A DNA stretch of 64,000 nt from an uncultured delta proteobacterium. GTDB lineage: Bacteria > Myxococcota > Kuafuiibacteriia > Kuafuiibacteriales > Kuafuiibacteriaceae. The first letter of the stretch is position 1. Every line of letters starts with the position of its first letter. Shown here one piece after another: positions 1 through 9,241 of this stretch. Location of the stretch: contig CAWDML010000007.1 in NCBI GenBank assembly GCA_963803435.1, forward strand, positions 192,001 to 256,000. Direction: 5' to 3'. The translations under genes were made by a program, and so were the position numbers. Under the pieces are notes generated by a model, which was not told where the DNA came from, searched no databases, and saw nothing but the letters and a program-made list of their open reading frames with translations.

Positions 1-173
1 ATGCGGTTGAAGTTCTGTTTCATCTGGGCGACAGCCTCGGTCACCGTCGAGGGCGCCTTCTCGACGGGCTTGGCTACGACGGGCTTGGCTTGGGAAACCG
101 GGAGGGGCTGGTCGACCTTCTGCTTGGCGGCACAGCCCGCCAGGAGGACGACGACCAAGAGGAGTTGCTTCAT
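1..173 (-). CDS. Lipoprotein, N-terminal part only (runs off the window; possibly OmpA/Pal-like)
   Basis: Hand translation of the minus strand from ATG 173: MKQLLLVVVLLAGC-AAKQKVDQPLPV...QNFNR. It has a lipobox (LAGC) and a Pro/Lys-rich linker and is not in the ORF track. Confidence 0.7.
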   Translation of the reverse strand, partial: MKQLLLVVVLLAGCAAKQKVDQPLPVSQAKPVVAKPVEKAPSTVTEAVAQMKQNFNR

Positions 174-187
174 GGCGCGATACCGGG

Positions 188-203
188 AGCAACCGACATG
201 CCA
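188..203 (-). promoter_or_regulatory. Sigma-54 (-24/-12) promoter
   Basis: Minus strand TGGCATGTCGGTTGCT (GG-N10-GC), 14 nt before ATG 173, next to a sigma-54 activator gene. Confidence 0.65.
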
Positions 204-281
204 CCGGACGGCGCCCCGCGCCTGCGGCCGCGGGCGGACGGCGGGCGCGCATCCCGCAAGGGTGGGACAGGCAGATTGCCA

Positions 282-1670
282 GTGCTAGTCTCGGTCTCGA
301 GCTTGCCTGATGCGCCCGTAAAGGCCCGGTTGCTGGTCGTCGACGATCATCTGGAGATGGCGCGGCTGATCGCGGACGTGCTCTCCGAGTCCGGTTACCA
401 GGTCGATGTCGCCGATCGGGGTCGCACCGCCGTCGAGCTGCTCGAAAAGCGCATGCCGGACGCGGTGATCACGGATCTTCGGATGGAGGACGTCGACGGC
501 CTGGACATCCTCCAGGCGGTCAAAGCGCTCGATCCCACGGTCCCGGTCATCATCATGACCGCGTTCGGTGCGATCGAGGACGCGGTGGAGGCGATGCGCA
601 AAGGTGCGCACCATTACCTCACCAAGCCGTTCGAGATCGGGGAGATCGTCGCACACGTCGAGCGGGCGCTGATCGAGCAGCAGCTCGCGCGCGAGAACCG
701 TGCGCTCCGCCGCCTGGCCGGCGTGCATCGCGCCGACATCGTCGGCGAGAGCCCGGTGCTCGGCAACGTGCTCGATCTGATCCAGCGCCTCGCCTCGGCG
801 CGGACCCCCGTGCTGATCCGCGGGGAGAGCGGGACGGGGAAGGAGCTGGTGGCGAGAGCGCTCCACTTCGGTGGCGCCCGCAAGGCCGGACCGTTCGTCG
901 CGGTGAACTGCTCCGCGATCCCGGAGGCGATGCTGGAGAGCGAGCTCTTCGGTCATCTCAAGGGCGCGTTCACCGGCGCGGATCAAACGAGGCGCGGGCT
1001 GTTCGTCGAGTCCGACGGAGGGACCCTGTTTCTCGACGAGATCGGTGACATGGCGCCGGGCCTACAGGCCAAGCTGCTGCGCGTCCTCGAGGATCGGGCC
1101 GTGCGTCCGGTGGGTGCGGACGCGCCGCGGCCCGTGGACGTGCGGGTGGTGGCCGCGACGCACCAGGATCTCGAGGCGCGGGTTCAGGAGGGGCGCTTCC
1201 GCAAGGATCTGCTGTTCCGGCTCGACGTGGTGCCGATCCACGTCCCTCCCCTTCGCGAGCGGAAGGACGACATCCCCCGGCTGGTCGAGCACTTCCTCGA
1301 CCGCGTGCGCCGCGATCACCCGGCGACCCGGTTGGTGCGCATCGCGCCGGACCTGATGGCGCGGCTCGTCGAACACGACTGGCCGGGAAACGTCCGCGAG
1401 CTGGGCAACCTGGTGGAACGGCTGGCGATCGTCAGCGATGGGGAGGAGGCCACCGTCGCCGAGGCGGGCGGCCTGCTCAAGCCCGCCGCGGGACCACCCG
1501 CGTTCACCGGCGACCGCATCCTGACGCTGCGGGAGATGGAGGAGTCGTACATCGGCTTCGTGGTCGAGCACTGCGGAGGGAACAAGTCGCGCGCCGCGGA
1601 GCTGCTGGGCATCGACGTCTCGACGATCCACCGGCGGACCAAGAAGGAGGGTCGCGGCCGGAGCGGGTGA
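282..1670 (+). CDS. NtrC-family sigma-54-dependent response regulator
   Basis: Receiver domain (LVVDD...ITDLRM...YLTKPF), Walker [37 protein letters not shown] and a C-terminal Fis HTH. The start codon is approximate. Confidence 0.95.
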   Translation: MLVSVSSLPDAPVKARLLVVDDHLEMARLIADVLSESGYQVDVADRGRTAVELLEKRMPDAVITDLRMEDVDGLDILQAVKALDPTVPVIIMTAFGAIEDAVEAMRKGAHHYLTKPFEIGEIVAHVERALIEQQLARENRALRRLAGVHRADIVGESPVLGNVLDLIQRLASARTPVLIRGESGTGKELVARALHFGGARKAGPFVAVNCSAIPEAMLESELFGHLKGAFTGADQTRRGLFVESDGGTLFLDEIGDMAPGLQAKLLRVLEDRAVRPVGADAPRPVDVRVVAATHQDLEARVQEGRFRKDLLFRLDVVPIHVPPLRERKDDIPRLVEHFLDRVRRDHPATRLVRIAPDLMARLVEHDWPGNVRELGNLVERLAIVSDGEEATVAEAGGLLKPAAGPPAFTGDRILTLREMEESYIGFVVEHCGGNKSRAAELLGIDVSTIHRRTKKEGRGRSG

Positions 1671-1736
1671 GGCGTCGTGCGCGGATCGACTTGCACTTTG
1701 CCCGGCCCCCGGCGGCGAACCTCGGGGCTGAAGCGG

Positions 1737-1752
1737 TGGCATCGACCTTGCT
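1737..1752 (+). promoter_or_regulatory. Sigma-54 (-24/-12) promoter
   Basis: TGGCATCGACCTTGCT (GG-N10-GC), 14 nt before ATG 1767. Confidence 0.65.
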
Positions 1753-1766
1753 CGTGCGATCGCGCC

Positions 1767-2219
1767 ATGAGCGAACCCAGCGCCCCCCGGCGCAAGCCCC
1801 GCCACCGCCTCCTTCTCGGGTTCGAGAACCGGACCCGACTCCTGCTCGCCGAGGACGACTACGAGATGCGGGCCTTGCTCACGGAGGTCCTCTCCGAGAA
1901 CGGCTACGAGGTCATCGAGGCCACGGACGGTGTGGATTTAGCCATGCTCCTCCGCATCGACACGGCCGGCGCGCCCGAGATGAAGATCGACGCGGTCATC
2001 ACCGACGTTCGCATGCCCGGGCTCACCGGGCTCGAGATCCTCGAGGCCGTGCGCGAGGTCGACTGGAGCACGCCGATCGTCCTCATCACCGCCTTCCCCG
2101 ACGACGAGACGGTCGCAGAGAGCGTGCGCCTCGGTGCGGCCGCGCTGTTCGCCAAGCCCTTCGTGCTGTCGGAGTTCGTCGATACGATCCGAAACCTGGT
2201 ACCGGTGAGGCTCTCGTGA
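1767..2219 (+). CDS. Single-domain response regulator (CheY-like receiver)
   Basis: LLAEDD, ITDVRMPG, LITAF and AKPF receiver motifs. Confidence 0.9.
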   Translation: MSEPSAPRRKPRHRLLLGFENRTRLLLAEDDYEMRALLTEVLSENGYEVIEATDGVDLAMLLRIDTAGAPEMKIDAVITDVRMPGLTGLEILEAVREVDWSTPIVLITAFPDDETVAESVRLGAAALFAKPFVLSEFVDTIRNLVPVRLS

Positions 2220-4261
2220 AGGCCGGCATCGTGGTCGTCGCCGGCTCGGCAGCGGCGATCATGATGGTTCTGGTGGTCGCCGACCACGTCCTGTCCGCGG
2301 ATCGCAACGACCTGCTCGAGGACCTGGCGAGGGATCGGCTTCAGGAGCTCCGGCAGACCGCGATCGAGGTCGAGGCGGACCTCGAGCAGGTCGAGGACGA
2401 CGTCGAGCTCTCGCGCACGCTCCTCCGCTCAGCTACCACGGCGTCCGACCGCGAGCGCGAGTTGCTCGCGATCATGCGAAACAGCCGGGAGCACCGGCTG
2501 GCCCGCGTTTACGACGAACAGGGCGCGCTCTCGTTCGAGATCGCCCGCGATCGCAACCCGATCCCGCCCCTCGCGATCGGACGCGTTCGGATAGAGATGG
2601 ACCGTCTGGTCGCGACCATGCTCCCCGGATCCGAGGAGGCCGGTGCGATCTCGTCCGATCCGATCGTCATCGACGATCAGGACCGCCTGCGCGTGATCGC
2701 AGTCGGATGGCGGAGGTCCGGCGGCGGGCCGGCCGGCGAGATCGCGCTGGCGGTGGACACCGGATCGATCCTGCGGCGGCTCCGGTCCGTCGCAGCCGAT
2801 CGCTCCACCCGTCTCTACTTGCTCGGACCCGAGGGCAGCCTCGAGCCCTTCGGAGACGGTATCGGGATCCCGCCGGCCGCGCTCGACTCGATCCGCGCCG
2901 TGGTCGAGGGCAGGAAGAGCGGCGTGGTACGGGTCCCGTCCGCGGCCGCGGAGCAGCTGGGGCTGGGCGACGACGAGGGCGTGGCGGCGTTCGTGCGCTT
3001 CGGGAACAAGAGCGCCCGGTATCTGGCGGCCACCGTGACCTCCTCGTCGATCATGCGGGAGCAGCAACAGGTGATCGTGAGGCGAGTGTCGACGGCGGCC
3101 GGCGCGCTCTTGTTGCTGTTCACGGGCCTCGGCGGGTGGGCCTTCGTCGGCGCACGCCGGTCGATCGCGCTCCGCGAGATGCTTCGACACGCCGAGCGCA
3201 TCGCCCACGAGCACGAGAAGGCGGAGAAGATCCTGGAGAGCGTCCCGACGCTGGTCGTGACCCTCTCCGCGGACGGTCGCGTCACCGCCGTGAACAGCGC
3301 GTTCGAGCAGCGCGCCGGATCCTGTGCGCTGGGCGGCCCCATCGAGACCGTCTTTCCGAAAGCCAAGCGCGCGTCAGTCGAGCGCGTCCGCTCGCTGCTG
3401 GCCGAGGCGAAGCGGACGCAGCGCCCGCGCGCCGAGTATGGGCCCAACCTGACCCTGTTCGGCGAGGAGGGTCAGTACAGCCTTCACGCGGCACCGCTCG
3501 AGCACCCGCTCACCGAGTCCGAGACACTGCTCGTGATCGAGGACCTCACACGGCTCGGCGCGCTGGAGGCGCAGCTCCTCCGCGCGGAGAAGCTGGCGAC
3601 CGTCGGAGTCCTCTCGGCCGGCGTCGCGCACGAGATCGGAACACCGCTCGGGATCGCGCGCGGACGGGCCGAGTTCGTGATCTCGAAGCTCGCGCCGGAT
3701 GACAAGCGTCGAGGTCATCTGACGCTCGTGCTCGAACAGATCGATCGGGTCACCCGCACGATGCGTCAGCTGCTCGATTTCACGCGCGCGCGCGCCATCC
3801 AGACCAAGCGCGTCGAGCTCCCCGCCGCCGTCGCCAACGTGTCCGAGCTGCTTCGATTCGAGCTGGAGCGTAAGAAGCTCGTGCTCGAGCTGGAGCTCGA
3901 CGAGGGCCTGTGGCCGCTGCGTGCCCAGCCCGACGAGCTCGAGCAGGTCCTGCTCAACGTCCTGCTCAACGCCTGCCACGCCAGCCGGGAGGGCGGTCGC
4001 ATCGTGATCCGGGCGTCGCAGGATCCGAGCGACGACGAGCTCCAGCTGGTGTGCGTCGAGGACTTCGGCGCCGGAATCCCGGCGCACCTCCGCTCGCGCG
4101 TGTTCGATCCGTTCTTCACCACCAAGAAGCGCGGGCAGGGGACCGGGCTGGGCTTGACGATCGTGCAGCAGATCGTGACGAACCATGGGGGTCGGCTCGA
4201 CCTCGAGAGTGAAGAGGGCACCGGGACGCGCGTCATGATTTGGTGGCCGACGACGCGATAG
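2216..4261 (+). CDS. Membrane sensor histidine kinase with PAS domain
   Basis: GTG start overlaps the regulator stop. Two TM segments, a PAS-like region, H-box AGVAHEIGTPL, N-box LLNACHA, and DFGAG, FDPFFTTK, GTGLGL motifs. Confidence 0.92.
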   Translation: MKAGIVVVAGSAAAIMMVLVVADHVLSADRNDLLEDLARDRLQELRQTAIEVEADLEQVEDDVELSRTLLRSATTASDRERELLAIMRNSREHRLARVYDEQGALSFEIARDRNPIPPLAIGRVRIEMDRLVATMLPGSEEAGAISSDPIVIDDQDRLRVIAVGWRRSGGGPAGEIALAVDTGSILRRLRSVAADRSTRLYLLGPEGSLEPFGDGIGIPPAALDSIRAVVEGRKSGVVRVPSAAAEQLGLGDDEGVAAFVRFGNKSARYLAATVTSSSIMREQQQVIVRRVSTAAGALLLLFTGLGGWAFVGARRSIALREMLRHAERIAHEHEKAEKILESVPTLVVTLSADGRVTAVNSAFEQRAGSCALGGPIETVFPKAKRASVERVRSLLAEAKRTQRPRAEYGPNLTLFGEEGQYSLHAAPLEHPLTESETLLVIEDLTRLGALEAQLLRAEKLATVGVLSAGVAHEIGTPLGIARGRAEFVISKLAPDDKRRGHLTLVLEQIDRVTRTMRQLLDFTRARAIQTKRVELPAAVANVSELLRFELERKKLVLELELDEGLWPLRAQPDELEQVLLNVLLNACHASREGGRIVIRASQDPSDDELQLVCVEDFGAGIPAHLRSRVFDPFFTTKKRGQGTGLGLTIVQQIVTNHGGRLDLESEEGTGTRVMIWWPTTR

Positions 4262-4279
4262 GCCTCACAGCTTGCGGAC
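4249..4279 (+). repeat. 31-bp direct repeat, left copy (att-like)
   Basis: GACGACGCGATAGGCCTCACAGCTTGCGGAC, repeated with one mismatch at 9211-9241. Confidence 0.9.
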
Positions 4280-4466
4280 GACAACTATGCGAGCAGCGAC
4301 GAAGGGTTGCTCCAGCGACCATCGGCCGCAGGTCTCGTATGAACGCAACTTCGCTCCTGGAGGCACTTTTTGGCGGTCGTGTCGGAGACCGAGCTCAACA
4401 ACTTTCATCCTCCGCCCCACCGGTGCCGGCTTCGTCGCCGGCACGGTTCGATGATAATGGCCGTAC

Positions 4467-7400
4467 ATGGGAGGGTTCGTGGGTCGCGCGGCCGAGCTCG
4501 CCCTCCTCGACGGCGGGGTGGACGCGCTCCTCGCGGGGGACGGCCGTCTCTTTCTCCTTGCCGGCGATCCCGGCATCGGCAAGACGAGGCTCGCCGACCA
4601 CCTCGCGGCCCGGGCCGCGGAGCGGGGCGCGGCGGTGGCCTGGGGCGGCGCCTGGGACGGCGGCGGCGCCCCGGCCTACTGGCCCTGGATCCAGATCCTC
4701 CGCACGCTCCGCCCGCGCATCCCGCCGCCCGACGAGCGCCTGCGCCGCGACCTCGGCGTGCTCTGGGATGCGGCCAATGCGGACGAGCGCGCCGGCGCCG
4801 ACCTCGAGATGGAGCGCTTCCGCCACTTCGACGCCCTCCGCGCCGTGCTCCAGGCGGCGGCCGGACGCGGCCCGGTGGTACTGGTGATCGACGACCTCCA
4901 CGCCGCCGATCGAGGCTCGCTGCTGGCGCTGCACTTCCTCGCGCGGCAGCTCCGCGCCCTTCCGCTCCTGATCCTCGCGACGCATCGCGATCCGACCGAA
5001 CCCGAGCTCGGCGAGCTCATCGCCCGCATCGCCCGGGAGGCCCGTGTGCTCCGTCTCTCGCCGTTCACCGAGGAGGAGATCCGCGAGCTTCTGTCGGACT
5101 TCGATCCGGTCTCCGGGGAGCTGGCGTCGGAGCTGCTGCGCGCGACCGGCGGCAACCCGCTCTTTGTCGACGAGACGCTCCGCCTGGTGCGAGCCGGCGA
5201 GCGGGTGGCGGACGTCGGAGCCGGCGCCGGCGCGGTGATCCGCGAGCGCCTCGATCGGATCGAGCCGGAGCTTCGCGCCCTGCTCGAGGCGGCGGCGGTC
5301 CTCGGCCGGGAGCTGCGCCTCGCAATGCTGGCCGAGGTGCTCGGGTCGAGCCTCGGCGATCTGGAGCGGCGGCTCCGCTCGCAGCAGCTCTTCGGTATCG
5401 TCGCCCGGACCGGGCCCGGTCTGCTCGGCTTCCGCCACGGGCTCTTCCGGGAGGAGCTGTACCGAGCGCTGCCGCCGCCGCGGAGGCGGGCCCTCCACCT
5501 CGCGGCGGGGCGGACCCTGGCCGCCGAGCCGACCGAGCCTGCCGAGTCGGTGGCGCGGCACCTGCTGGCGGCGCAGCCGGAGGGCGACGCGTCGGTTGCG
5601 GCCACCTGGGCGCTCTCCGCCGCCGAGATCGACATGGGCGCGCTCGCGTTCGACCGGGCCGTGGAGCTCTTCGAGGGCGCGGTCGCCGCGCTCGATCGCC
5701 TGCCGGAGGACCGACCGCGGCGCGTCGACGTGCGGCTGCGCCTCGCCGAGGCGCTGGAGAAAGCGGGCGCCACCGAGCGAAGCCGGGCCGTCTGCCGCGA
5801 GGCCGCCGCGGAGGCGCGGGAGATCGGAGACGGCCCGCGCCTGGCCCGGGCGGCCCTCTGCTACGGCGCTCGGATCCGGATCGCGTTCGTCGATCGCACG
5901 CTGATCCGGCTCCTGGAGGAGGCGCTGCTGCTGCTCGGCGACCGGGAGCCGTCGCTCCGGGCCCGGGCCCTCGCCCGGCTGGCGGCGGCGGAGCAGCCGG
6001 CGCCCGACCCGGACCTCCCGGTGGAGCGGGCGCGCCAGGCGATCGAGCTCGCGCGCACGCTCGGCGATCCGGAGACGACGGTGGCGACGCTCCACTATGC
6101 CGGCTCGGCGCTGGCGGACTACGCGCCGGCGGAGGAGCGCCGCGCCCTCGCCGAGGAGCTGATCGCCCAGGCCCTAGGCCGGGGGGAGCTGGCGCTGGCG
6201 CAGCAAGGGTACGCGCGGACCGCGGTCGACTCGATCGAGCTCTGCGACTTCGCCGGCGCCGACTTCGCGATCGAGGCCCACGAGCGGCTCGGCCGTGCGC
6301 TCGGGCATCCGCGCTGGCGCTGGCGAGGCGCGGTCATGCGATCGATGCGCGCCTTGATCGACGGGCGGTGGGAAGCTTCGGAGGCGGCCCGGGAGGAGGC
6401 GGCGGCCCACGCCCGGCAGGCCGACGATCCGAACACCACCCCGACCCTCGCACTCCACGCGGTGGGTGCGTTCCGGGCCCGGGAGGGCGGCCGGCCCGAG
6501 GACGTGCTCGCCGCGCTCGGCTCGTCGCTGGACGCGCTCCCGGACGGCGCAGAGATTGGGGCGACCCTTCGTGCCATCGTCTCGGGGAGAGTCGGCGATC
6601 CGGAGCCGGCCCGGCGCTTCCTCTCCGCCTTCCGCCTCGTGCCGGGCATCGCCCGGGATCCGATGGGCATCGCGGTGATCTCCGACGTCGTCGTCTGCGC
6701 CGGCGACCCGCGCTGGGCGGCGGAGGTGCTGCGGGCGGCCGAGGCGTTCCGGGGGCGGGCGCTGAGCTGGGGTCTGTTCGGGGTGATCTGGGAGGGACCG
6801 GCGGAGCAGTGGATCGGCGGGCTCGCGCTGGTCCTCGAGCGATGGCAGGAGGCGGCCGATGCCCTGGACGCGGCCCTGTCCCGGGCGGAGACGCTCGGCG
6901 CCCGGCCGCTGGCGGCGCGGCTCCGGGAGCAGCTCGCCCGCGCGACCGCCGCGCTCGGCGAGCCGGAGCAGGCGGCGGCCCTCCTCGACGTCGCGGCGGA
7001 GCAGGCCGGCGCGCTGGGGATGGAGCACCTGTCGGCCCGGATCGAGCACACGCGCAGAGGGCTCGCGCCGCGGCGGGCGGGGTCGAAACGGCCGGCGCCG
7101 GCGGCCCTCCCGTCCCTCTCGCGGGAGGGGGACGTCTGGTCGATCGGCTGGGACGATCGCGTGATCCGGTTGCGCCACTCCCGGGCGCTGGAGATCCTCG
7201 ACCGCCTCGTCCAGCACGCGGGCCGCGAGCTCCATGTGCTGGACCTCGCTGGCGGCCCGGGGCCGATCGACGGCGGGGACGCCGGAGCGCTGATCGACGC
7301 CGAGGCCGCGAAGGCCTACCGCCGGCGGATCGCCGAGCTCGAGGAGGAGCTGCACCAAGCGGAGGAGTGGGCCGACGGCGGCCGCTGCGAGCGGCTCGGG

Positions 7401-7625
7401 GCGGAACTCGAGTTCCTGAAGGAGGAGCTCGGCCGGAGCCTCGGCCTCGGGGGCCGCCCCCGCCGGGCCGCGGGGGCCACCGAACGGGCCCGGGTCAACG
7501 TCACAAAGCGCATCAAGGGGGTGATCAAGAAGATCGCGGGGGCGGATCCGGATTTGGGGGCGCACCTGGAAAAGTCCATCAAGACAGGGGCTTACGTCAG
7601 CTATCGCCCGGGTCACGGCCCGTGA
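4467..7625 (+). CDS. AAA/STAND-type ATPase transcriptional regulator (AAA_16, helical repeats, C-terminal HTH)
   Basis: FVGRAAEL, Walker A GDPGIGKT, Walker B VIDDLHAAD, GGNPLF and a C-terminal ERARVNVTKRI motif typical of this family. Confidence 0.85.
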   Translation: MGGFVGRAAELALLDGGVDALLAGDGRLFLLAGDPGIGKTRLADHLAARAAERGAAVAWGGAWDGGGAPAYWPWIQILRTLRPRIPPPDERLRRDLGVLWDAANADERAGADLEMERFRHFDALRAVLQAAAGRGPVVLVIDDLHAADRGSLLALHFLARQLRALPLLILATHRDPTEPELGELIARIAREARVLRLSPFTEEEIRELLSDFDPVSGELASELLRATGGNPLFVDETLRLVRAGERVADVGAGAGAVIRERLDRIEPELRALLEAAAVLGRELRLAMLAEVLGSSLGDLERRLRSQQLFGIVARTGPGLLGFRHGLFREELYRALPPPRRRALHLAAGRTLAAEPTEPAESVARHLLAAQPEGDASVAATWALSAAEIDMGALAFDRAVELFEGAVAALDRLPEDRPRRVDVRLRLAEALEKAGATERSRAVCREAAAEAREIGDGPRLARAALCYGARIRIAFVDRTLIRLLEEALLLLGDREPSLRARALARLAAAEQPAPDPDLPVERARQAIELARTLGDPETTVATLHYAGSALADYAPAEERRALAEELIAQALGRGELALAQQGYARTAVDSIELCDFAGADFAIEAHERLGRALGHPRWRWRGAVMRSMRALIDGRWEASEAAREEAAAHARQADDPNTTPTLALHAVGAFRAREGGRPEDVLAALGSSLDALPDGAEIGATLRAIVSGRVGDPEPARRFLSAFRLVPGIARDPMGIAVISDVVVCAGDPRWAAEVLRAAEAFRGRALSWGLFGVIWEGPAEQWIGGLALVLERWQEAADALDAALSRAETLGARPLAARLREQLARATAALGEPEQAAALLDVAAEQAGALGMEHLSARIEHTRRGLAPRRAGSKRPAPAALPSLSREGDVWSIGWDDRVIRLRHSRALEILDRLVQHAGRELHVLDLAGGPGPIDGGDAGALIDAEAAKAYRRRIAELEEELHQAEEWADGGRCERLGAELEFLKEELGRSLGLGGRPRRAAGATERARVNVTKRIKGVIKKIAGADPDLGAHLEKSIKTGAYVSYRPGHGP

Positions 7626-7650
7626 CTCGCAAGGTCACGCCGCAGACGTC

Positions 7651-8418
7651 ATGGACCTCGAAATGATCGTCACCCTGGCCATCCCGCTGACCTTCGTCAG
7701 CCTCGCCCTCCTGGAGCGGCTCCGCCCGGCGCGGCCGCTGCCACGGATCTCCTGGTGGAAGGCCAAGGGCGTGCTGTTCTTCCTCATCACCGGCGGCCTC
7801 GCCACCACGGCGCCGCTGCTCTGGACGGATATGTTCCGCGCCCACCGCCTGCTGGATCTGGAGGGCCTGGGGACGGCCGGCGGCGCCGTCGTGGGGCTGC
7901 TCGCCTACCAGCTCGCTTCCTACTGGTGGCACCGGACCATGCACCACCACGGCACACTGTGGCGGTGGTTCCATCAGATGCACCACAGCGCCGAGCGCGT
8001 CGATACCTTCGGTGCCAACTACTTTCACCCCTTCGACATCGTCGGCTTCACCTTCGTACAGACCTCGGTCACGATGTGGATCGGCGTGAGCGCCGAGGCG
8101 GCGCTGCTCGCCGGATTCGCCGGCGTCTTCCTCGGGATCTTCCAGCACGCCAACATCCGGACGCCGCGCTGGCTCGGCTATCTGATCCAGCGTCCCGAGT
8201 CCCACAGCCTCCACCACGCCCGCGGCGTGCACGGGTACAACTACGCCGACCTCCCGATCTGGGATCTGGTATTCGGAACCTTCCGCAACCCGGAGCACTT
8301 CTCCGGCGAGGCCGGATTCTGGGACGGCGCCTCCAAGGAGATGACGCGGATGCTGCTCGGCCGCGACGTCGCCGACCCGGTCGAGGCCGCCTCGACGGCG
8401 GAGCCGACGCCCTCGTAG
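7651..8418 (+). CDS. Sterol desaturase / fatty acid hydroxylase family protein
   Basis: His boxes YWWHRTMH, HQMHHS, FQHAN, HSLHH and NYA...WD..FGT. Confidence 0.9.
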   Translation: MDLEMIVTLAIPLTFVSLALLERLRPARPLPRISWWKAKGVLFFLITGGLATTAPLLWTDMFRAHRLLDLEGLGTAGGAVVGLLAYQLASYWWHRTMHHHGTLWRWFHQMHHSAERVDTFGANYFHPFDIVGFTFVQTSVTMWIGVSAEAALLAGFAGVFLGIFQHANIRTPRWLGYLIQRPESHSLHHARGVHGYNYADLPIWDLVFGTFRNPEHFSGEAGFWDGASKEMTRMLLGRDVADPVEAASTAEPTPS

Positions 8419-8518
8419 TCGGCGGCGGCGAAGGCGTGCCAGCCGGGCATGCTCGTCCCCGCGGAAGAGCATCATCGTGGAGACGGCGCGGATCTCGAAG
8501 GACTCCATCGAAGCCGAC

Positions 8519-8845
8519 TTAGTACTACCTGATCGGTTCCTCACGGCTGGGCTCCGTCCGTTAGAGCCGCGATTCCGCTTGGGGCGCCGAGCGGCGATCG
8601 ACTGGGCGGTTGCACAGCGGACACGAACCGATCCGGAGCAACAGGATCTGCTGGAGATGACGCCGCACCATCGGCAACGTCCACTTCACTCCTCGCCTCC
8701 GGGGGGAAAAGCGCTCTTCGGAGCGCAAGGAATCCGTGGGCTACGGCGCATAACGTTGCGTGGTGGTGAAAGCCTCGCCAGGTGCGGCCTTCGTAATGAT
8801 CGAGACCGAGCTCGCCCTTCATCTCCTGGTAATCGCGTTCAACGT
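8519..8845 (-). mobile_element. IS701-family remnant (transposase C-terminus and right end)
   Basis: VERDYQEMKGELGLDHYEGRTWRGFHHHATL is the IS701 transposase C-terminal signature. It ends ...ATCAGGTAGTA next to a CTAA/TTAG tetramer. Confidence 0.75.
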
Positions 8846-9165
8846 CTTCCTTTCGTGGCGTGCTGCCCCTGTTACCCCGGGAGAGCGGAACGCTTCGCGC
8901 ATCGAGCCGCTGTTCACGTCCGTCCTGCCTTCGCCCTGTTCCGAGGGGCTCGGCCTCTCCATATCCTTACGAGGCTACGGCTGGGTTCGCTTCGCGCTGC
9001 GGCCCGCCACTTCGCAGCCACGGATTGCCGCCCGTGACCGTTCTGATCCCGCTTCTGCTGGGCACCTCGCGGCGCCACGCAGGGGATCTGGCTACCTGAC
9101 TGCTCGATTACTATCAGGGCAGGCTCCTCTCATCCTGCTAGGAACGACGCCGCTTCGCGGCGCAC
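8846..9165 (-). ncRNA. Group II intron 5' fragment (domain I, class IIC-like), truncated, no RT ORF
   Basis: Minus strand starts GTGCGCCG at 9165 (GUGYG). Non-coding, hairpin-rich sequence follows with AGCCTCGT, GGCGAAGGC, CCGGGGTA and GCAGCACG...GAAAGG blocks that I recognise from bacterial IIC introns. Confidence 0.7.
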
Positions 9166-9211
9166 CGAAACAGCAAACTGCGAACGGAACGGTTTCTGGA
9201 CCGGCTCTTAG
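9166..9211 (-). repeat. IS-like element end shared with 63436-63481
   Basis: Reverse complement CTAAGAGCCGGTCCAGAAACCGTTCCGTTCGCAGTTTGCTGTTTCG matches 63436-63481 at 43 of 46 positions. Confidence 0.9.
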
Positions 9212-9241
9212 ACGACGCGATTGGCCTCACAGCTTGCGGAC
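9211..9241 (+). repeat. 31-bp direct repeat, right copy
   Basis: GACGACGCGATTGGCCTCACAGCTTGCGGAC; see 4249-4279. Confidence 0.9.

Noticed and set aside
4280-4440. Small gene at the left edge of the island
   Set aside because: The sequence is lower in GC with no convincing ORF, start signal or recognisable motif.
4370-7666. Very long alternative-frame and antisense ORFs (also 32424-35528, 45266-47332 and others)
   Set aside because: These are Arg/Gly/Pro-rich shadow ORFs expected in high-GC DNA, overlapping well-supported genes.
8519-9211. One composite element flanked by a TTAG duplication
   Set aside because: TTAG occurs at both ends, but the two termini are not inverted repeats of each other. 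A deletion fusing an IS701 remnant to the intron-bearing element is simpler.
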